This document shows positions 16,074 through 19,168 of a DNA stretch of 19,168 nt, piece after piece. The DNA comes from Candidatus Hydrogenedentota bacterium (GTDB lineage Bacteria; Hydrogenedentota; Hydrogenedentia; Hydrogenedentales; CAILVY01). The stretch lies in the NCBI GenBank assembly GCA_029565395.1, contig JAKQOG010000022.1, positions 1-19,168 on the forward strand. The letters run 5' to 3'. The position numbers and the translations under genes were made by a program. Below the pieces are notes generated by a model. It was given only the letters and a program-made list of their open reading frames with translations, was not told where the DNA came from and made no database searches. Every line of letters starts with the position of its first letter. Position 1 is the stretch's first letter.

Positions 16074-17261
16074 ATGCGTGTAACACGAAGAGGATTTATG
16101 GGACAGACGGCGGCGGCCGTGCTTGCCGCGCAAACGTTGGCCAAGGCGCAGACCGATCCGGCGGCCGCGCCGAAATTGCGTGCGTGCGTGATTGGCGACG
16201 GGAAACAGGGCGTGTATGGGCACAGCATGCATCTCGCATTTGCTACGCGGGATGACGTGGAAGTGGCGGGGCTTGCGGACCCGGTTGAGGAAACGCGTGC
16301 GAAGGCGGCGGCATCGTCCAAGGCGCAGCGCACGTATGCGGACTACCGGGAGATGCTGGAGAAGGAAAAACCGGATCTGGTGGTAGTTGGGCCGCGTTGG
16401 ACGATTCATCACAAGGAATACCTGCTTGCGGCGGCGGCGGTTGGCGCGCATGGGTTTATGGAAAAGCCGGTCAGTCATGATTTGGCTGAAGCCGATGATA
16501 TGGTCCGTGCGATTGAGGAAAAGAACCTGAAGTGGGCTGTTGCCTATAATTTCCGGGCTTCCGCCCAGCTCGCGCATGCGCGCCGCATGATTATGGAGGA
16601 GGGCATCATCGGGGATGTGCTGGAAATTCGCGGCCGCGGGAAGGAGGACGAGCGCGCCGGAGGAGAGGATCTGATTGTGCTGGGAACGCATTCGTTTGAC
16701 GCCATGCGTTATTTCCTGGGCAATCCCTTGTGGTGCGAATCGGATATCACGGTGGAGGGACGGGCTGCGACGAAAGCGGATGTGCATGAGGCTACGGAGC
16801 CGGTGGGGCCCATTATGGGCGACCGCATCAGGGCCATGTTTGGCTTTCCGAACAGCATTGCAGGCTATTTCTCCACGACGAAGAACACGCATGGCTATGG
16901 CGGGCGCTGGGGATTGGATATTATGGGATCACGGGGCATGGTGACCATCCGGATCAACGGCGGCATCAATATCTGGCTGCTGCGCGATCCCGCATGGGCT
17001 CCGGGCGGGCGTGATAAGGTGTGGGAACCACTGCCTGATATGCCGGTGTTCGAAGAGAAACGTCCTGAAATAGAACGCAACGCACCGATTGTGTCGGATC
17101 TGATCGCGGCGATTAAGGAGAATCGCCTGCCCAAGGTAAGCCTGCAGGATGGGCGGGATTCGACGGAGATGATTCACGCGGTGTATGAAGCGTATCTGCA
17201 TGGCGGGCGGGTGGCGTTCCCTATGAAAGATCGAACCCATCCGCTTACACGGCCCGCGTGA
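16074..17261 (+). CDS. Gfo/Idh/MocA-family NAD(P)-dependent oxidoreductase with a Tat signal peptide
   Basis: The start is ATG 16074 with an AAGGAG SD 7 nt upstream, not the track's 15954. The Tat N-terminus is MRVTRRGFMGQTAAAVLAAQTLAKA. The Rossmann start is LRACVIGDGKQGVYGHSMHLAF. The family-typical EKP motif appears in HGFMEKPVSHDLAEADDM. Confidence 0.85.
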   Translation: MRVTRRGFMGQTAAAVLAAQTLAKAQTDPAAAPKLRACVIGDGKQGVYGHSMHLAFATRDDVEVAGLADPVEETRAKAAASSKAQRTYADYREMLEKEKPDLVVVGPRWTIHHKEYLLAAAAVGAHGFMEKPVSHDLAEADDMVRAIEEKNLKWAVAYNFRASAQLAHARRMIMEEGIIGDVLEIRGRGKEDERAGGEDLIVLGTHSFDAMRYFLGNPLWCESDITVEGRAATKADVHEATEPVGPIMGDRIRAMFGFPNSIAGYFSTTKNTHGYGGRWGLDIMGSRGMVTIRINGGINIWLLRDPAWAPGGRDKVWEPLPDMPVFEEKRPEIERNAPIVSDLIAAIKENRLPKVSLQDGRDSTEMIHAVYEAYLHGGRVAFPMKDRTHPLTRPA

Positions 17262-17283
17262 AGGAGATCGGGATTCGGGGCCC

Positions 17284-17325
17284 GATAGCGATAGCGATAG
17301 CGATAGCGATGCTAATTCTGATGCT
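17284..17325. repeat. Hexamer tandem repeat (GATAGC)x4 followed by degenerate units (GATGCT, AATTCT, GATGCT)
   Basis: Read directly: cccgatagcgatagcgatagcgatagcgatgctaattctgatgct. It lies in the 3' intergenic region between convergent genes. A GATAGC copy also directly abuts the 9-mer array at 8085-8090. Confidence 0.8.
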
Positions 17326-17405
17326 CTGTCATAGATAGTGGATTAGACATTGTACAGGACTTACGGCACTTGTTTTATGTAACAAAAGGCACACAGAACA
17401 TGAAA

Positions 17406-17445
17406 AAGGCCGCTGGACTCGAAGGAATCCAGCGGCCTTGCGCTT
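17406..17445. terminator. Rho-independent terminator hairpin (GGCCGCTGGA-loop-TCCAGCGGCC), strong for the minus-strand gene and weaker for the plus strand
   Basis: A perfect 10-bp GC-rich stem (17408-17417 and 17428-17437) is extendable by two A-T pairs. On the minus-strand transcript it is followed by UUUUUCAUG, and it lies 20 nt downstream of the TAA of the Ig-like protein gene. On the plus strand it is followed by UUGCGCUUU. Confidence 0.75.
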
Positions 17446-17457
17446 TAGTCTAGGTGC

Positions 17458-19168
17458 TTATTTTTTCCTGCGGATTCGGAGGACGCCCAGCCCGCCGGCC
17501 AATGCGGCCAACGCGGCCAGACCCGTTATGCTCGCCACAGGAATACTGTAACCGACTTTCAGGGTGGCTTCAGAGGTAATGGTTTTCCCTGCGCCATAGG
17601 TACTATCGGCTTCTGAGACTTCTACCATGTACAGGCCGTCATCGGAGGTATCCGGGGCGATGAAATCCACGTAAGAGGTGTATACGCCCAAATCCTGCCA
17701 TGCCTTTGCTCCGTCGTCTTTGAACCAGCCATACGAGACGGGTTCAAGGCCGCCTTTCACGGTCACAGACCATCGATAGTCTTCATTTAACGGAATGGTG
17801 GTATCTTGCAGCGGTTTCTCGAACTCAATGTGATCGGCGAACTCTACCGAACCGTTTGTTGAACATGCGGTATCGACTGCATCTGTAATGCAGACCCGAT
17901 AGTCATAAAGGCCCTGTTCGCCCGCTGGATTCACTGTCAGGACCACGGAGTTACCTTCGATGAATTCCGTGAAAACGCCCAGAGAAGTTTCATCCGGGGT
18001 GCCCGATGGATTGCGCAGCCATTCGTAGCTGGCCGGGAACAAACCACCTTCAAACATGGCATCCATGACAAACGGCGGCTCGTCCGAATACACTCTGAAA
18101 TCGCCGGGATTCCGAGTGTACGTGATGGGAGTGCCGACATACAGGAGGGCGGTTTGAGAGGTTAAGGTGGTCGGGCCGGAAATCGTGCTGCCCTGGTCCA
18201 CCGCTACCACGTCAAAGGCATGCCCATTATCATCCGCAATGGTCACGATGCCCAGATCCAGCGTGGAGTTGTCCGGCGCCCCCATGGGAACACCGCCTTC
18301 ACGCCAAGTATGGACGAGCGGCAGGAAGCCTCCCGAAATGCCAACGCTGAGTTGGACGTTGGTGCCTTCGTAGACGTACACATCCGACAGATTGGTCACG
18401 ATGACCGGTGCATTTGCCACACTCACCACACTGGGTCCGAGTGTGATTGGCGGATTGGCCGGGCTGGTATCATCCACGACCACCGTGTACGAGCCGATAT
18501 CGCCGGCATCGGCGGTTCCCAGATTCAATGTGATGTTACTGGGAGCGCCCGGAATAGGCGTGCCGCCCTTGCTCCAGGTGAAGCTATAGGGGGGCACTCC
18601 ATTGTCCACCGTTGCGGTAATGGCGAGCGCTTCGCCTGTATACGCGCGAATCTCAGCAGGCAATGAACCGTTCATATGAATCGTTACGGTCAAGGATGCG
18701 GAATTTGAGGTGACGGACTGCGGGGTTGGTGTTCCGCTATCGCTTACCGTAACCCGATAGTTTCCTGCGTCCATGACGCCATCGCCGCTGAGTTCAATGG
18801 ACAAGGTATCCGTGTCCGCGCCCGATACCTGGGAGCCGGAACCGGACACGTGGTCTCCATTGGTGATGGTTACCCATGAGCCGCCATGATACCATTTCCA
18901 TTCGTAGTGTAACGGTTGAAGGCCGCCGCGTTCATTGGTTACGACATTGAACTGGGCGGTTTCATACTCGTTTTTGGTGGTGTTTTGCGGATGCTGCGTG
19001 ATAGCGAGGTTATTCCTCACGTACAGTACACCGTATTCAGACTGTATGCTGTCTCCGGTGTCATTCAGCAAACAGTAATAGCTGCCTTCGGCGTTGAACC
19101 CGAGACTGGTCAGGTTCAGCGTGGAGGTGCGGCCTGCCGTCACAATGGCAACGTTGGTGGAGGAATCA
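17458..19168 (-). CDS. Large surface/adhesin-like protein of tandem Ig-like domains with a C-terminal TM helix plus basic tail. Partial: the N-terminus is outside the window.
   Basis: At least 570 aa in the window, with at least five repeats of about 90 aa. Each carries the Ig-like pattern Y-x-W...G...L-x-L...D-x-G-x-Y-x-V (YEWKWYHGG; YSFTWSKGGTPIPGA...IGSYTVVVDD; HTWREGGVPMGAP; YEWLRNPSGTPDE...GLYDYRVCITD; YGWFKDDGAKAWQD...DGLYMVEVSE). One repeat has an N-terminal ...AEGSYYCLLND. The extreme C-terminus GLAALAALAGGLGVLRIRRKK is a TM helix plus a basic cluster, the architecture of PEP-CTERM-like sorting signals or a tail anchor. No PEP motif is seen. Confidence 0.7.
   Translation of the reverse strand, partial: DSSTNVAIVTAGRTSTLNLTSLGFNAEGSYYCLLNDTGDSIQSEYGVLYVRNNLAITQHPQNTTKNEYETAQFNVVTNERGGLQPLHYEWKWYHGGSWVTITNGDHVSGSGSQVSGADTDTLSIELSGDGVMDAGNYRVTVSDSGTPTPQSVTSNSASLTVTIHMNGSLPAEIRAYTGEALAITATVDNGVPPYSFTWSKGGTPIPGAPSNITLNLGTADAGDIGSYTVVVDDTSPANPPITLGPSVVSVANAPVIVTNLSDVYVYEGTNVQLSVGISGGFLPLVHTWREGGVPMGAPDNSTLDLGIVTIADDNGHAFDVVAVDQGSTISGPTTLTSQTALLYVGTPITYTRNPGDFRVYSDEPPFVMDAMFEGGLFPASYEWLRNPSGTPDETSLGVFTEFIEGNSVVLTVNPAGEQGLYDYRVCITDAVDTACSTNGSVEFADHIEFEKPLQDTTIPLNEDYRWSVTVKGGLEPVSYGWFKDDGAKAWQDLGVYTSYVDFIAPDTSDDGLYMVEVSEADSTYGAGKTITSEATLKVGYSIPVASITGLAALAALAGGLGVLRIRRKK

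Overview
This window looks like a chromosomal segment from a sulfatase-rich bacterium with GC around 55-60%. Four Cys-type sulfatases with Tat signals and Shine-Dalgarno-bearing genes suggest the Planctomycetes-Verrucomicrobia-Chlamydiae (PVC) superphylum, but I cannot confirm this. In order, the window contains: (1) a 3'-truncated LtaS/EptA-like membrane sulfatase-family gene (minus strand) that the ORF track does not list and that I translated by hand; (2) secA (GTG start, C-terminal CPCGSGKKYKKCCG zinc motif), overlapped by 25 nt by a membrane-anchored transglutaminase-like Cys-His-Asp protein; (3) a convergent NfeD-flotillin (SPFH) operon; (4) four Cys-type (CxPxR) sulfatases, each with an RREFL-type Tat signal, three of them in tandem; (5) an AT-rich islet of about 1.5 kb (roughly 14.65-16.07 kb) holding a translationally coupled two-gene cassette. 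Its downstream gene is a classic PIN-domain (VapC-like) nuclease. Its upstream partner is a 106-aa protein unlike any canonical antitoxin I recognise, with a faint Cas2/VapD-like secondary-structure pattern. This cassette is the best candidate for an undescribed toxin-antitoxin or defence module. The islet also has a small signal-peptide ORF; (6) a Tat-exported Gfo/Idh/MocA oxidoreductase; (7) a partial large surface protein of tandem Ig-like domains ending in a transmembrane helix plus RIRRKK tail. The non-coding regions are also striking: three divergent promoter regions carry 9-bp-periodic tandem arrays of (GGGAGGACT)n that degrade into (ATAGGACCA)n. Two of these share a near-identical 23-mer. 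Other non-coding signals are a (GATAGC)4 hexamer array, a G8 tract, a perfect 13-bp hairpin between sulfatase genes and a strong bidirectional terminator. No rRNA, tRNA, CRISPR, integrase or transposase was seen.
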